Source: Chrysomallon squamiferum (lineage: Eukaryota > Animalia > Mollusca). From it: 64,000 bases of DNA. Position numbers and translations under genes: made by a program. Shown here one piece after another: positions 15,358 to 31,210 of the stretch (the stretch's first letter is position 1; every line of letters begins with the position of its first letter). The stretch is taken from the NCBI GenBank assembly GCA_012295275.1, contig CM022670.1:7626001-7690000 (forward strand), in the 5' to 3' direction. Below the pieces are notes generated by a model that saw only the letters and a list, made by a program, of their open reading frames with translations, was not told the DNA's origin and searched no databases.

Positions 15358-16386
15358 AGATTTTAAATTGCTGTCTTCTAAACCAATGAATTTTATTTAT
15401 TTTATTTTATTTTTTATTTTATGTTATTTTTGACAGTTTCAGATAAATATAAAATATGTACTTTTTTATTTCGTTAGTTTCGATATAAACAATTATTATA
15501 AATTTACATGACGATAAATGTATCATTTATACAGATTATAATAATTTAATTTGTTACAATTATCATATAATGTTTTAATTTAAATAATTAATTTTGTGTA
15601 AATTCTGAAAAATTAATTAATAGATCAACAAGATAATAATAATTATAATGTTGAAAATAATAATAATGATGACAATAATTATGGTAATGAAAACTATAAA
15701 ATAATAAATAAATAAATAAATAATAATATTTAAAAACCTTCTCGGTTTTATAGCCTAAGTAATTTTTGTTGCGGAACAAAAATATTTTTCTCAAAGTGTA
15801 TTACATTCTGGTACATGTCATGCATCATTTATTTTGCACGTTATAAACTCGTTATATTCCCAAATAAATTTTGTTAATCTTGGATCTAAAGTTTTGGAAT
15901 AGGAAACCAATTTTTTTTTTTTTTTTTTTAACTGAAAACAGAAACGTTATGAATCATTTATTTTTTTGCAACAATATTTGTTTTCTCACTTTTAAACCTT
16001 TTTTTTTTTTTTTTTTTTTGATTGATGATAGTACCTTAAAGCTGCCTCGGTTTCACCGTTTCATTGTCACATGACTGATCTATTTCAATGTTTAGTTAAT
16101 GACCCGTGAAATAGACATCTGCATTACGACAAATCTGACAAGATGTTTATTTCATGCCATGCTTGGCGTACTTTCTCATCCTACGTTCAGATCAAAAGCG
16201 GAACCGCTAAAGAAAACTTGTACATGAATTATTATTGTAAAGAAAAAAAAAATTATCAGAAAATGTGAAGGGGATAAAATAAAACAAAAATGTTAGGAAT
16301 GTCTGAAAGTTTAGGATAAAGAATTTTGTTTTAAAAAGAAAAATATATTTCTAATATTCTTGATATTATCATTATCATCATCATCA

Positions 16387-16427
<41 letters not shown>

Positions 16428-17101
16428 GTTTTCAGTAACAGGTTCTCAATCATTTATTTATTGTCATCATCATCATCATAATTATTATAATTTTTTCTCG
16501 TTATTATTATTAGAGCTTATTACAAACTTTTAACGAAAGACAAATATACGACTTTTAAGTGTGTATTTTTTCTCTTTCATATTTCTATGCAAAATGATTT
16601 ATCAGATGAAAGCGAGCCAAAATAATTAAAATTGTGAATAAACCTCTCGTAGAATTCAAGTGTCTCACTCATAGTGTACATATTTTCAGTGAATGTGTAT
16701 ATGTGTAAATATATATTTTTATACATATTTTGTATTGAAATAAATAATAATGATTATGAAAGCGCTTATCTTGTTTTTCCTTTATTACTTGTTAGTAGTT
16801 TCAGGATGAGGAATAAAGAAATTGTGTAAAAATTATTTGTTTTCATTAAAGTACCGATAAAACAGTCTCATAGATCAATTTAACTGTAAATAATATAAGC
16901 TGATTATCTTCTGATATATATATATATGTGTGTGTGTTTTATATATATATATTGCACAACGAACAAAACAGACACACACACATATATGTATTATAGGAAG
17001 CAACAATTACTTTTAAAAATAATAATAATGAAAAATAAAAATCGGAAAAACAACAACACGACAATAACAACAACAACAAGAACAGTAACAATAATAATCA
17101 C

Positions 17102-17157
<56 letters not shown>

Positions 17158-17734
17158 TAAAGAAAAATATTTTTATTTTCATTCAACAAAAGTTTTCAGT
17201 ATTTCCCTCAAATGTCATCAGAATCTGTTCGTGGTTATTTGACTTTTATATAACTATCATTAAGTAAAAAAAATCCACAGATATCTTCAAAACTCAAATA
17301 ATATCTATTTCCCTGTCTCGCCTTGAAAATTCATTTCCTTAAGTCTTTGCCAATCTCTTGTTAAATTAATGAACGTATAATGTGAAATTTATAAACAGGA
17401 AAATCGTGGGATGATTTCGCTGAGTGGTTCAGGGAAAAACGGTGTGTCACGCTGTTAATCAGCTACATTTACAGCCGTCCTCTCTGTTTTCTTCGTTGTG
17501 CAACAGCAATAGGAACTTACGCACGCCATCATTTCCCTTTCCTGAATATTTGTTCTACGCGCGTATCCTTTAAGTAATGCTGGATTTCCGTATACAGTTA
17601 GTAACTCGTGGAAACTCCCGAAGTTTGATGAGATCATGGAATTGTCGTAATTGTCACTAACCGGTGAATAATAATAGACGTGTTAGTGATTAAGCTAAAT
17701 GTTGTATTTCATGTGAAGACGCTATTTGGAGGGG

Positions 17735-17770
<36 letters not shown>

Positions 17771-20020
17771 CATTGCGATTTTGTTCATTATACTGCAGCT
17801 CTGTTCACTGCTGTTTTGTTGTCGCTCGCTGTTTTTGGTGTTAAAGTTTTAATTAAGTCTACTCAGAAATATAAATATTAATTAAAATGCGAAGTAACAG
17901 TAGTCCGCATTTTTATTATTTCTACACTACGATGCTATTAAAAACTCGGGAATGCTTAATGTTAATAAATTAACTAACTGTGGAAACATTTAAATATTCA
18001 CTGTTTTTAACAAATATAGTTTTCTATAAATATTATTTATTAAACATAATAATTGAAATAATTTCAAATATTATTTTTACTCTGCTTTAATTAGAACATG
18101 AAATTATGCAATATGAACAACATTATGGTCTAATTTGGGACATTTCACATTTTTTTCAGACATTAATGGGGACATTAAATGAAATAATACGATACACCTG
18201 ATGAAGAAATTCATACATTTTCTCTGTATTAATTAGCACATTAAATTTACTCAGAGAAACAATTCACAATTAACAAAGAACATTTCACATTTCCTCTGCA
18301 CTAACGGCGTCATTAAGCTGTATAAAACTTCACAGAAACATTCCCCTATTTTATCAGAAACTGTTAATTGCGAGCACCTGTTTATTTCGGACTCGCCATG
18401 CTTGTTTTGAATATTTGTTTACATACGAGTCGTAAACTTCGATGAACTGATTGAAGACCGACACATATGAGCTTTCTTGGTCAGTAATAAAAAGGACACG
18501 TTGCCCAGAAACCCCTTAGGGACAAGGTCATCCTGACTGACCAGAGCCGTGGAAGCAGAACAGAAAAATTCGAGTCAAAGGGCTCCCCGCAAGGGGTCTG
18601 ATTAACCTTTAGCATAAAACCATTTGACCCCAAATTTAATTGTCTGGCAAATATTGATAATGACTCACGAATGTCTACGACACATCCTTTGAATTTCTGT
18701 AACCAGAACCTAGCAGTTCAAAGGTCACTTAAAATTGAATATTCTCAACTTGAAAATTCATTTAAAATTTAAACTGAATTGATTTGTGTCAGAAATTGTT
18801 ACTGAAATGATATATCTATTCAAGAAAGAATATATACACACAGACACACACACATATATATATATATATACACATATATACACATATATACACACAAGGA
18901 CACAAAAACACATATATGCACACACAGACACATGACATAAACACATATACGTAAATTACACATAGATACATTCATACACACATTTTATATATATAGATAT
19001 ATATTTCTAATTACCATATGAGATGTTAGAAACATGTATTAAAAACAAATGATATTTTATAATAAATAAAAAAAGACAAAAAGAAACTTATGAAAATTAA
19101 AAAAACAAAAAAAAAAAAACAAAAAAAAAAAACAAAATCTGTCATTTCGGTTAAAACAAATGTGTTTATATTAGATGAACCAAACTTCATTTAAGATCGA
19201 CAAAATTGTTTACAAACACAGAACAAACCAATTTATCATGTACACAAATATAACATGATAACACTGAAAACAATTTGTTACCATAGCAAGAGATTAGCGT
19301 GTTTTTAAATAAATTTTAAAAAAAAAAACGTGATTTAAACGATCAGGTGCTGGACAAAATGTTTGCTTTCTGCAGCTGATCAGATCGCGTCTCAGTGATA
19401 CCAAAGCAAAAACTGCTCGCAAAAAACTCCGAGGAATTCTGAGCTATCATTTTAGACAAAACAGCCGTGACGTCACTGATTAAAACTTTCCAAAACAAGC
19501 AGTTTTAGAACAATTTAAGTTATCTGCTGAGTGCACTTTATGTTGTTTTTTTTGTGTGGTTTTTTGTGTGTTTTTTTGTTTCACTTTTCTTTTGTTTAGT
19601 TTTCAAAACTAATGCTGCTTTGAAATAGCTGCATGCTGATATCTCTTTCGCTAGTTTAGATAACCGAGTCAGAGAAATTGCTGCAGTGTGGGAAGGTTGT
19701 GATATGTGTGGGTGTTTTACTGTGAAAGTGTCCACATAAAACTTGCTTAAAGATACGCGAAACAATAAATCTGATAACAACACGCTAATGTAGACGAGCC
19801 GACTTCTTCACTGCACAGATGTGATTTTGTAATCCCAGATTTCGAAGTGTCACATTTCTTGTACAAACATGTCAGTTCCATTTAGTTGTTTCTTTAAATA
19901 ATTTTTCATGTAGATTCCTTTTTCTTCTTCTGAAATTAAAAGTAGGGATTATGTCAATATTTAGAAAAAGCATTCTAGTAGACAGAGAGACACACTCATA
20001 CACAAGCATCCTAATATATA

Positions 20021-20120
<100 letters not shown>

Positions 20121-21601
20121 AATAGTAATAGATGACAAAGAAATGACGTAAACTTAGCTGCCACTAACTCCACAACAACAAAATTCTTGTCATAAACTTC
20201 ACCTGAAAGAGCTGTGAACTGTGCCCTTGACAAACCTACATATACATTAATTTTCTTTGATGGAAGCATGACCACTTTTTTTTTCTCTACGATTTTTCGT
20301 TTAAATTACGATGGTCCACAAAAGGAGACACTGACAGCGACTGTATCAGTGAATGCTTAGCGAGTTTTCGGTTGAAGGTAATTTCAAAAGAAATCTAAAA
20401 ATCAAACGGCGAATCTAAGACGAATTTTTTTTCGTTGTCTTTCATCTTGTGGATTAATGTCACTGAGCGATATTCAGTATATTACACAGATGTCCTGTCC
20501 AACATCGAATACCTCTGTGTGAATATAAGAAAGCGTGGGACAGGTCCAGAATGTTTTTAAACTTCTTTCTTTAAAGGTTTTTGTACATACGTATGTGTTT
20601 GTAAAAAAAAAAAAAAAAAAAAAATAACTTAACACAAAACTAACATCTGGAGGTGTGATTTAAACAGATTGTTCGAATATTTAATAGCATCTCGTTTGTT
20701 TAGCCGTGACGGCTAAATTGCTTTCGAAGATTTGTTGGACATTCTGTTGTAAAAAGAAAAAATGAAAGTGAAAATAAATAAATGTGGAACATGTGTTTCA
20801 AGAAAGCACGTTATCTACGTTTAGAAATTTAGATTAAACTGAAATGAGAAATACCAATTATAATCACACATACACACAAACATATACAGAAACTTTTGAT
20901 GCATACCGCTACAAAGTAAGTATGTACATGCATATATAAATAAATATATACATACACTGTACATGTATACCTAAATAAACAAGTAATTTGGTAAATGTGA
21001 AAGTAAATAAACAAACAAACAAACAAATAAATAATAAATATAGGTTTTTAAATTATTCACCTTAAATGAGAGTTACAAATACATTTAACGATTTTCAGTA
21101 AATAGCCACAACAATAATCATCCAAATTTAGACAAAGAACACATCACCATTATATATATATTTTTTTTTTCTTTTCTTCTAATTTACATTTCCCTTCTAG
21201 TCGTATTTTGCATTATGCTGATTTTTGTAAAAGATTAAACCTAGAAATAAAGAAAACAGAACAGAGACTGCAGGCTGTAGATTTACTAGTCTTAATTGTA
21301 TTACTAACCAACAATGAAACGAAACGATACATATATATATAAAAAAATATCTTGTTTTCTTCCAGCACTAAAATCTCGGCCGTGGGGTAAAACAACAAGA
21401 AAATGTCGAAAGAAAAATTAGCATGATTTAACATGAAGTAATTGCAATTATAAAGAACGCCTCAATGCATTGTTTGATGGTTGATCTAAGCTGAAACAAG
21501 TTAAAGAAAAACAATTATTTTGTTATCTGTCCGTCTGAAGGTAACAGGCGAAATGAGGAGAATTGAAAGGTGTCTAGAAATTTGGTTCGTTTAAAAAGTA
21601 A

Positions 21602-21760
21602 TTTTAGATAATAGAAGACGGTGTTTTAGATTGTACGGTGGATTTAATGAAAAAATACAGAATGGTGTTTTAAACTGTTCGGTGGATTTAGATAATACAA
21701 AAACATGGTTTATCTTGTACGGTTGATTTAGAAAAAACTGAAGTTTGGATATACGGTAGA
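21602..21760. repeat. Degenerate ~40-nt minisatellite, 3-4 copies
   Basis: Recurrent ggtgtttta..ytgtacggtggattta units. Confidence 0.6.
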
Positions 21761-21815
21761 TAACATCACGGTAAGTGTCAGAAAAGATTAGAAGGAAAAG
21801 ACAGAAACTGAATTA

Positions 21816-21931
<116 letters not shown>

Positions 21932-22996
21932 TATATATATATATAGATATATACATATATACACATACATACATACATACATATATATATGTGTGTGTGT
22001 GTGTATGTATGTATATATATATACATACACAAACACACATATATATATATTTATATATACATTCATACATATTTTTATATGTGTTTGTGTGTGTGTGCGC
22101 GCGCATTTTTGCAATGGTGTATATGTTTGTACTTTGTTACCGGAATTGTTTAATACTTATATTTATAACAGTAATTAAATTATATATCTATATAAATTTC
22201 AATATTTTTTCTTCTAACAAACACCCAAAATTCACAACACAGTCTTCATACACATGCACGCACACTGACCGACAGTCATACACAATACATTTACACGTCC
22301 CCTTATACAAAGCATAAAGGTTTCACGACAAGACAGTACGTTCAGACACACAATTAAATCCCACCCAGATTATAGATTATACAGCTTAACAGGTGTGGTA
22401 TCATTTCACATTATTACTTTCACAAAGAAAGACTGGAAAAATAAGTATTTTTATCATCTATCGCTACATTTCCAATCTCTTCTTATTTCTTATCATTATC
22501 TACCGAGTTAATACAAAATGAATGATATCATTCTATAACACGCTTTGACATCTACTCTCTACATTCCCTTCAATCTGTTGTGACGGGTCTGAAAGTGATA
22601 ATTCGAGCAGTAAATTTGTTTTCTCGCCAAATCTGATAAAATGATTTCTTCAGCCACCAACAATGAGGTAGAAATAACTTAGACTTTTCATTATTTTTTT
22701 ATTTTTTTATTTTTTGTCTTGTTGATAGTTCTTTAAATATTCGGTGAAGCTTGCCAGTTGAAATTGAAATATGTTTTTCATCTTTATAGTTGACAAAAAC
22801 ACGTGTGCTGTTCTCACCAAATCCAGTTGATTAACAAGCACTGGCGTACGACTCAGGCGGTTTGTGGGGAGAGGAAGAGAGGGATGGGAGGAGAGAGAGG
22901 TGGGGAGAGTGAGTGACAGAGATAGATAGAAGACAGGAGGTAGAGAGAGAAGTAGAGTGAGATAATGGATAGAAAAAGATGCTTAGAGAGAGAAAG

Positions 22997-23405
<409 letters not shown>

Positions 23406-26400
23406 TGAAGAAGACAATGCCAATTGTGGCAGTCATTGAGATTGATCCCGTGATCCACGAAGCCTCAAGCAACAGCTATTTTACTGAACTGCAGAATGCT
23501 ATTTGTTGTCTGTGTAAATTTGATATTACGTCACACGATGTAGTTACTCGCCGCTGACTAATCAGTCTGATTAGATCACCATGCTAAAAGTGTACACTTG
23601 GGAACAAAGTGTGAAGACATTTTAATGGGTACAGATTATTCTTGACATCGCGTGGCTCGTCACGCTAGATAACTTTTGGCCCAGATCGTTGGAAGATCAC
23701 GTCGTTAATGGTGATGACGTCACAGCGTCTGTACTTTCCCTCCGGGTGATATATCACGTATTTACATATCAAGATGAGTTTAAATTTCATTTGACTTACT
23801 ACGTAGAAATGCAGTTCTTTGTCTTCTGAGACTGTTATTAATATATTTGTTTGCTGTCTACGTTTTATATTCTCTGAGATAATAGTCTTAAAGTGTTTAA
23901 ACAATTTTTTTTTCGTAACTTTGAGATTTTGAATAAAACAAAGACAGTTAAGTTACAAAATACTGTAGTAAATTACACTGCAACTACTACTCCTAATAAT
24001 ATACTACTATCACTACTAGTACTGCTATACTACTGCCACAACCACCACTACCACTATCGCTACTACTACTACTACTATATATGCTGTACTACGAGACATC
24101 TAAGGTTTATGAAAAAAATTATTCGCGAGACACTCTACATAAAAGTCCCTCTCTTGACGGGACATCTTTGTTGCATGACTTCTCCTGCTGCTTGATGGCC
24201 AACCACTTAGTTCAGACAACAACGCCAACGTCCTAGTCCTGTCATTCGCTAATCCCTGATTAATTGTTTTTAACTACACCTGCAATAAAGACCTTTGATA
24301 TCTTCCTGTGAAACTAAGTGATTATATCGAACGACTCGCAGAACGACCGTCACATTGTGGGCCTTGTTCGTTTTATGTTCACATTAAGCAATGGATTAAA
24401 AATAAAAACGTCTTCGACGTTTGATTTAAACGTGTAAGAAATATGAGAAAAAAGCTTTCTGTCGAGAAAAAAAAAAAGAAAGATCTTTTGTCGTGAAAGA
24501 ACTCGCGGCTGCCTTTAATGTCAGAAAAACAAGAGGAAACTTTTTGCCTTGGATGTCGTACTCGTTTTCAACGATAGTCTTGATCAGAGGGGAATAAATT
24601 TGTCCTTTTCCTCTACAGAGGGCTAAGCCTCTAATGGCTTTTCGGTTAACTGATGCCGTCTCCGTTGATGGTAATTTTACGACGTCATTAAGCGGCGTCA
24701 CACATTAAAGTGTCGCCGGAGTTCTGGCCGTTGTTTAGTTTATAAGAAACGTACAGTCGGGGTCATGTTTGCGAGCTTCACACTGCAGGTGTGTTTGACA
24801 CTGGAGACTGTAAGAATTCACGTTGTCCAGTCACTGCACTAATACTTGCCATAACAGTTGAACTGTTGGCTTCAGCATCTCTGGATATTGGGCTCGCTTC
24901 CTGGTAAGGGATCTAATTTATTACCGCTACAGCCCATTTCCACTGACATTGGAAGCTAGCAGTTCAGTGATATATCTGTATACTGCGATAAGTTGTAGTG
25001 ATAACTGTTAAACTGTTCGCGTTAGTATAACTAACTAACGAGTTCGCATCCTATTTAAAACTAAACACTTTGTATGATAGAATACAGTTTTATGATACAC
25101 ACCTTCCCAAGAATAGGGGAAGAAAAAATCAAACCTTGACTGTAGTGATGTAAATAAATATAGCAGTAATAACATCAATATTATTAGCACTGGTAGGATC
25201 GTGAGTGAGAGTATTGCTTTTATTTCATTACTGCTGGAAAAAATAATTTTCACAATTATATAGAAATAAATAAATAAATACCTTTAAAATTATTTTTTAA
25301 AAATACCCACAAACATATATTCACAACATATACAACTAAAATTTATGAATATGTCGGTAGAAGATATTTAACATAAAAAAAATTCAGCCAAGGTCTCTTA
25401 TGAGAGAATTTTATAGATATGTACATTAAAATAAAACTACACTTCCTTTCAGACAAATTATATTTTAAGATTCAAATAAAATATTTATTTGTTATTTTAT
25501 GTGTACTAAGAGGAAGTTAATACTTATTTTAATGCAGAAATATGTAATTTATACAAGTCAGCGAGCTGGGAATGGTAATTACGACTAGGATTCTACGAAT
25601 TAATTTAATAACTTTGTAGGTTGTTGTTTTATCTTAATCAGTTCTGACTTATGAAACAGTAACACAGCTATTAGCCTTAGTGTGAGAAAAAGTTGAAAAA
25701 GGCATAGCGATAACCTGTTGATCCTGAATAATAAAATAAAAATATTTTCGCTAAATCTGCAACCATATGACTTTTATATCTGTATAAATCTGCTTGTATG
25801 TCTGCCTTTCGTGTTGGTTATTTGAATGACATTTAAAAAAAAAAAAAAAAAATTATTTTGTTCTTCTCTGTTTTGTTTTATATATTTATTAATTAATTTT
25901 GTTTGCTTGCTTCTGTTTTTATTTTTATTTATTTTGTTTTATTTATTTATTGATTTATTTATCTGAATATTTAATTTTATTTATTTTTGAAACAGTCGTT
26001 CACACATTTATGCGAAAATGTTAACATTAATATCATTTATGCAATCGTTTCAAAACAAAGTTCAATAAAATCAGTCATGATTCTTTCTTTCTAAAAAACA
26101 AAACAATGTAGAAAAAAAATCGAGTAAAATTGCAAAATCATTATCGAAAAAAAAGAAAGGGGAAAAGAAAAAGATGAAGGCAACAGAAAAAGAAAATAAA
26201 TGAAAATCGACCAAAATTCTTTAGTTTTCCCACAGAAATATTTCAAAGAAAATTTGATCGAAGATTGACCTAAGAGAAACATTAAACGCAGATGGGAGAA
26301 AGGGGAAACGGTGTGTGTGTTTGTGGTTATTTTTACATCAGCTGAAACGTCTTGGCATTTGTTCTGTACGACATCCGTTCTCTAAATAAAATATAGTTAT

Positions 26401-28661
26401 AAAAAAAGTTAGGCAGGTGAATTAGGACAGTGATATATAGATACTAAACGGTTAACAATCATTTTATTAAGCACACTAAAGATAGGTTCCCCGTAGAGAT
26501 CCTGTCCAAATATTAATACTTGATACTAATCTTTTCTGTTATATTTTTATCGGGCATTTCTCGTATGAATAATAAGCGTTGGGCGAAAACTGAAGATTTC
26601 GATCTTGGCAAAATTAGTTATATTTTTCTTTAATAACAACCCGGAGGGCAGAACTCGGCAAGGAGTAGAGAAATGCGATATCGAGGTGGTATCAGAGAAA
26701 ATTACCTGTCGTTTATAGGCAACGTTCTGTGAACGGAGACATCTGTCGGACTTCAAACCTGTTCTGACCGATTACTTTGATGTCTTTATAGCAGCGTGGC
26801 GGCCACGGTGTCCGGGTACATAGCCCGGGTTTTACGACTGGCTTCTCTCTCACCAGAGCATTACCTTTGTGTGTGCAGCAGAGTTTATCACGAGCCAGTT
26901 GCCCATCCGCGCATTAAGCTGTCTTTACGTTTGATTTAGAATATACATTTTCAATTCACTCGCTAGATCCGTACAAAATGCAACATTTGAGATGAACAAA
27001 GCGATCGGTGAACTATTTAGTTGCAGTAGAAGGTGAATTCATTTTACCGCTTAGTTATGATAATTTTATTGCAGGCAAAGTGGCGAGTGGGGTTTAAAAA
27101 CGTCAGTCAGTTTTGATTTAAAACATAAGGTTTGGGTGTAAGAACATGGGCGGAATATCTAAATTAAAGGATATACCTTCGCTTTGACAAACTCTGACCT
27201 TTTTGCTGAGTGCTCGAACAAAGTCTGAGGCTCGAAATTTGTAACATGTGCTGTATAAATCACAGTGATAATTTTACTGTTTGGTTCCGGCGACCAGACC
27301 AAGTTCGCAGACCTGAACGTGGCTTTTCCTGCCTGCTAATGGATAGATATCATTTGGATACAATCAGAGAAATTTTTCTAATTCTGCAAATTGTCTGTAT
27401 GACTTGCAGATGTAAGGAATAAAAATATCTTTTGTTCTCTGATTATTTTTAATGGTTATTGTTCTCAGTGGGTGGGCGGCATGTTTAATAATTATAAATA
27501 TATTATTAGTTGTTTCCACACACACACACACACAAACACACAAACACACAGACACACACATACATACACACACACAAACACACACATATGGAAAACTAAG
27601 AAACAAGATGCAGAATGTTATCATTTTATTTTATTTAGAGTGTTTATTTTGATTTCACTTATAAAAGAAAGAGATAATTATATATTATTTATAAATAAAT
27701 AAATTTAATTTATTTAACATTTTTATAATTTTATACTCAGCATTAATATGTTTATTTATTCTATAAAAAAAAAAAAAAATAAAAAAAAAATTAAAATTAC
27801 TCTGCTTCTTAATTTTACTTTAAAGAAATCTGAAGCTATACCCTCAACTATCACACATAATTATTTATGAACCAAAACCGATCCCAAGGGAGTATCCCTT
27901 TTATTTATTTCCTATATTTTTTCCTTCTTCTTTTCATTTTCCCCTTTCTCACCAGAAAGGAAATCTAACTAAATTTCTTTAGCCATGTATGAAATATAAT
28001 AACGCCTGATTTGTTAAATTGCGAGATCAAACGAGATGTCATATACAGTGTACTGGTACTCGTCTGTTGAGTCAAGCGTAGCAAACTGAAAAGTAGAATA
28101 GACTGAGTGAAGTACGATATCAAATTATACAGATTAATTAGCGACACGTTTTGTTGAATATCAGTCGGCAGAAAAAAAATCAAAATGGCCGCATTCGTGA
28201 AAGAAACGACCGCGCTACCTAGCGGACCACAAAATGTCTTTTGTTATTTTTATAAGCTGAAATTGGATTCGCTATTAATGTAAACTTTTGTCACCTTTCT
28301 CAGTAGACAGAATTTCGAGGGTATATAATGTCTCTTTTATGGACAGTTGGTGATTTGGGATTCCTCAGAGCTGCGCGTATAACTTTGTATTCTTTTCATT
28401 GTCAACATTTTTTTCATTGGATCATTCGCCTTTGTGGTCCCGGTGTGCTAAATATATCACGTTTTTTTGGTTGGATTATTTTGAATCACAATTTGTTGCA
28501 CTTGATGATATAATTAACACCCTCTATGTCAATAACCCTCCCCTGGGGGTTAGAACGTGTTACAGACTAGGTTGTGTGTATACGCTTCATAATGTATTTA
28601 AATAGAGTAGCTGTATTAAGATACAATCTTTATACAAAGAATATTTATAATGTCTCTCTCT

Positions 28662-28841
<180 letters not shown>

Positions 28842-30191
28842 CGGCCATTCTTACTCTTTCTATCCCTCTTTTTGTATCTTTCTCTTCATATCAACTTGTC
28901 TCTTTATCTGTATTTTTCTCTTTCCATTTTGTGTCTCTCTCAGCTTTCTCTTTATTTGTATTCGTATCATGTAACGTGAATAAAGCAATTATCTGTATGT
29001 AATATATTAGATTATCTGATTTCTTATAAATACATATACATACCTAAGCATATCTAGATACACAAAAGAAGCACGCAAGTATTAACACAGTCAAATATTT
29101 AGATAAATGTAAACTGACAAACAACAGTTTAACTAGAGAAGAAAATAGTAATTCAATAAATGCTTTCTCCAAAAAATGTTCATCTTGATTATTGGAAGTT
29201 AAATAAATAGATATTAATAATGTTGCTACTTTTTAAATGTTTATCACTGACCAGGTTTAATGAAGACAACACCACTACTATTATTATCAGTTGAGATATA
29301 TACATCATGTTTTACAGTTTTCATTTCCTGGTATTTAATCTTTTTTATATCTGTCTAATAAACGTGTATGAGATAGCAATCACTCTAACAAATGTCTCTA
29401 TTTCTGAATCTACTATATACATAGTCGATTGCTTGGTGCGAAGAAAAACTCATAAAAAGAAGTCATGGCATGTTTGTGTCTGAACCGATTGCTGTATTGT
29501 TTCAAACTGGTTTCTGAATGATATACAAAACCTCATTGTCAAAACGTCTATAGTCTGCAGGCCATGCAATAAAAAACTGAAATTGCTGTACTACGGAATT
29601 CTCGTTTCCTGTCGCTTATTTGATTCTTCTGTAAATGCCAACGGTTTCTAGAAACAGTTAAAACTGGAACATGAGGAACCAGTCGTCTCTGGTGTTTGTA
29701 ACTAGCTACATCTGTTGATAAAAAAATTCTGATCATTTCACAATGCTGGAGAATGTGCGATCGTTTCGTTGTGTGGTTAATCCTTGACGTGTTTGTATCA
29801 CTCAAATATACAAGCACATCTGCCATGGACAGTCTTTGTCTTAGACAAAAATGGCGTCTTTGGATCAGATATCATTTTATATTTTACTGGTATCTTCAGT
29901 TTGTTTAAAAATTCTAGAAAGTTTCATTAAAATGGATCCTATTATTTAAAATTTCAAAAAGTAACAAAATGATTTGTCAAGTATTATGTGATATGCAGAC
30001 CGTTCATATACAGATATATCGTAAATGTTTACATCTGTCTGGAGCATACATAATCATATGTATATATACAGCAGTAATGGTAAGTTAGTTGTACTGTTAA
30101 TCATATTTGTAGCATAAGTTAAAATTTAGTGGCAGTGGTAATAGTAATACATTCTGTCATAGAAGAAGCATTAAACTCTGCGACCCTCCCT

Positions 30192-30283
<92 letters not shown>

Positions 30284-31145
30284 CTGTCTGTCTGTCTCTC
30301 TCAAACAAACATTAATAAGTAAAAACATGAAACCTCTTTTCCGTGAATCCCCCTATAAACAAATTCGAGGTAATTATCTTCAACAGATGTTAAAACATTT
30401 AAATTAATTTTAAGCTTGTTAGTTTTATTAAACAAACAGTGCTAAAACAGCACTCTCCCCTCTGACATTTAAAAAAAAAAAAAAAAAGAAGAAGAAAAAA
30501 CATCATGTGTATGTAATACAACCCTTTAACGCTTTAATGACCGTGTAATGTACGATAGCGTGCACCGTTATCTGCGGTTCGCAGGAACCACGTTTCTACA
30601 ATCGGTTGACGTCGACGCTTTTGCAAAAAAAAAAAACGAAACCCGCGTAAAGATGTCAACCACTGGAACCCAGACTCTGGCGATAAGGAACGAGTGGAAA
30701 TGGTCGACCATCAGACGGTCTGTTTTTGTCAGGGCCATGTTTTACACACCCATTAAGAAGCTTTATCGAGCTGCAATCTTGCAGGAAGAGCAATAAACAA
30801 GAAAATGTCTTGGCAGTTTGTTCCTGTTTTATCCCTTGCTTAAGAAAACTGTGTTGCTTTCAGTAATAAATCGCATAAACTCCAAGAAAGTTTATCTCTA
30901 CAGTTTTTTGGGGGGTGTTTAAAAAAAAAAAAAAAAAAGTTTCTTTGATGGAGAAGCCAGTAATGTTGCATATAAACAAATGGGGTTTATGATTCATGTG
31001 GCTTTCATCTAAGTGAAAACGAGCTGAAGAGTAGCAAGGATGGTATCGTGTAACTCTCAGGGCCGGGTCCAGCCGTGTTTGTAGAGGAGGTAGAGTTTGT
31101 ATTTGTCGTCATGTAAGAGAGGGGCAAATCCGGAGTGTTAATCAA

Positions 31146-31210
<65 letters not shown>

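Noticed and set aside
17629-17652. TGAGATCAT, a bantam miRNA-like seed
   Set aside because: Only the 5' end matches and no complementary arm is seen nearby.
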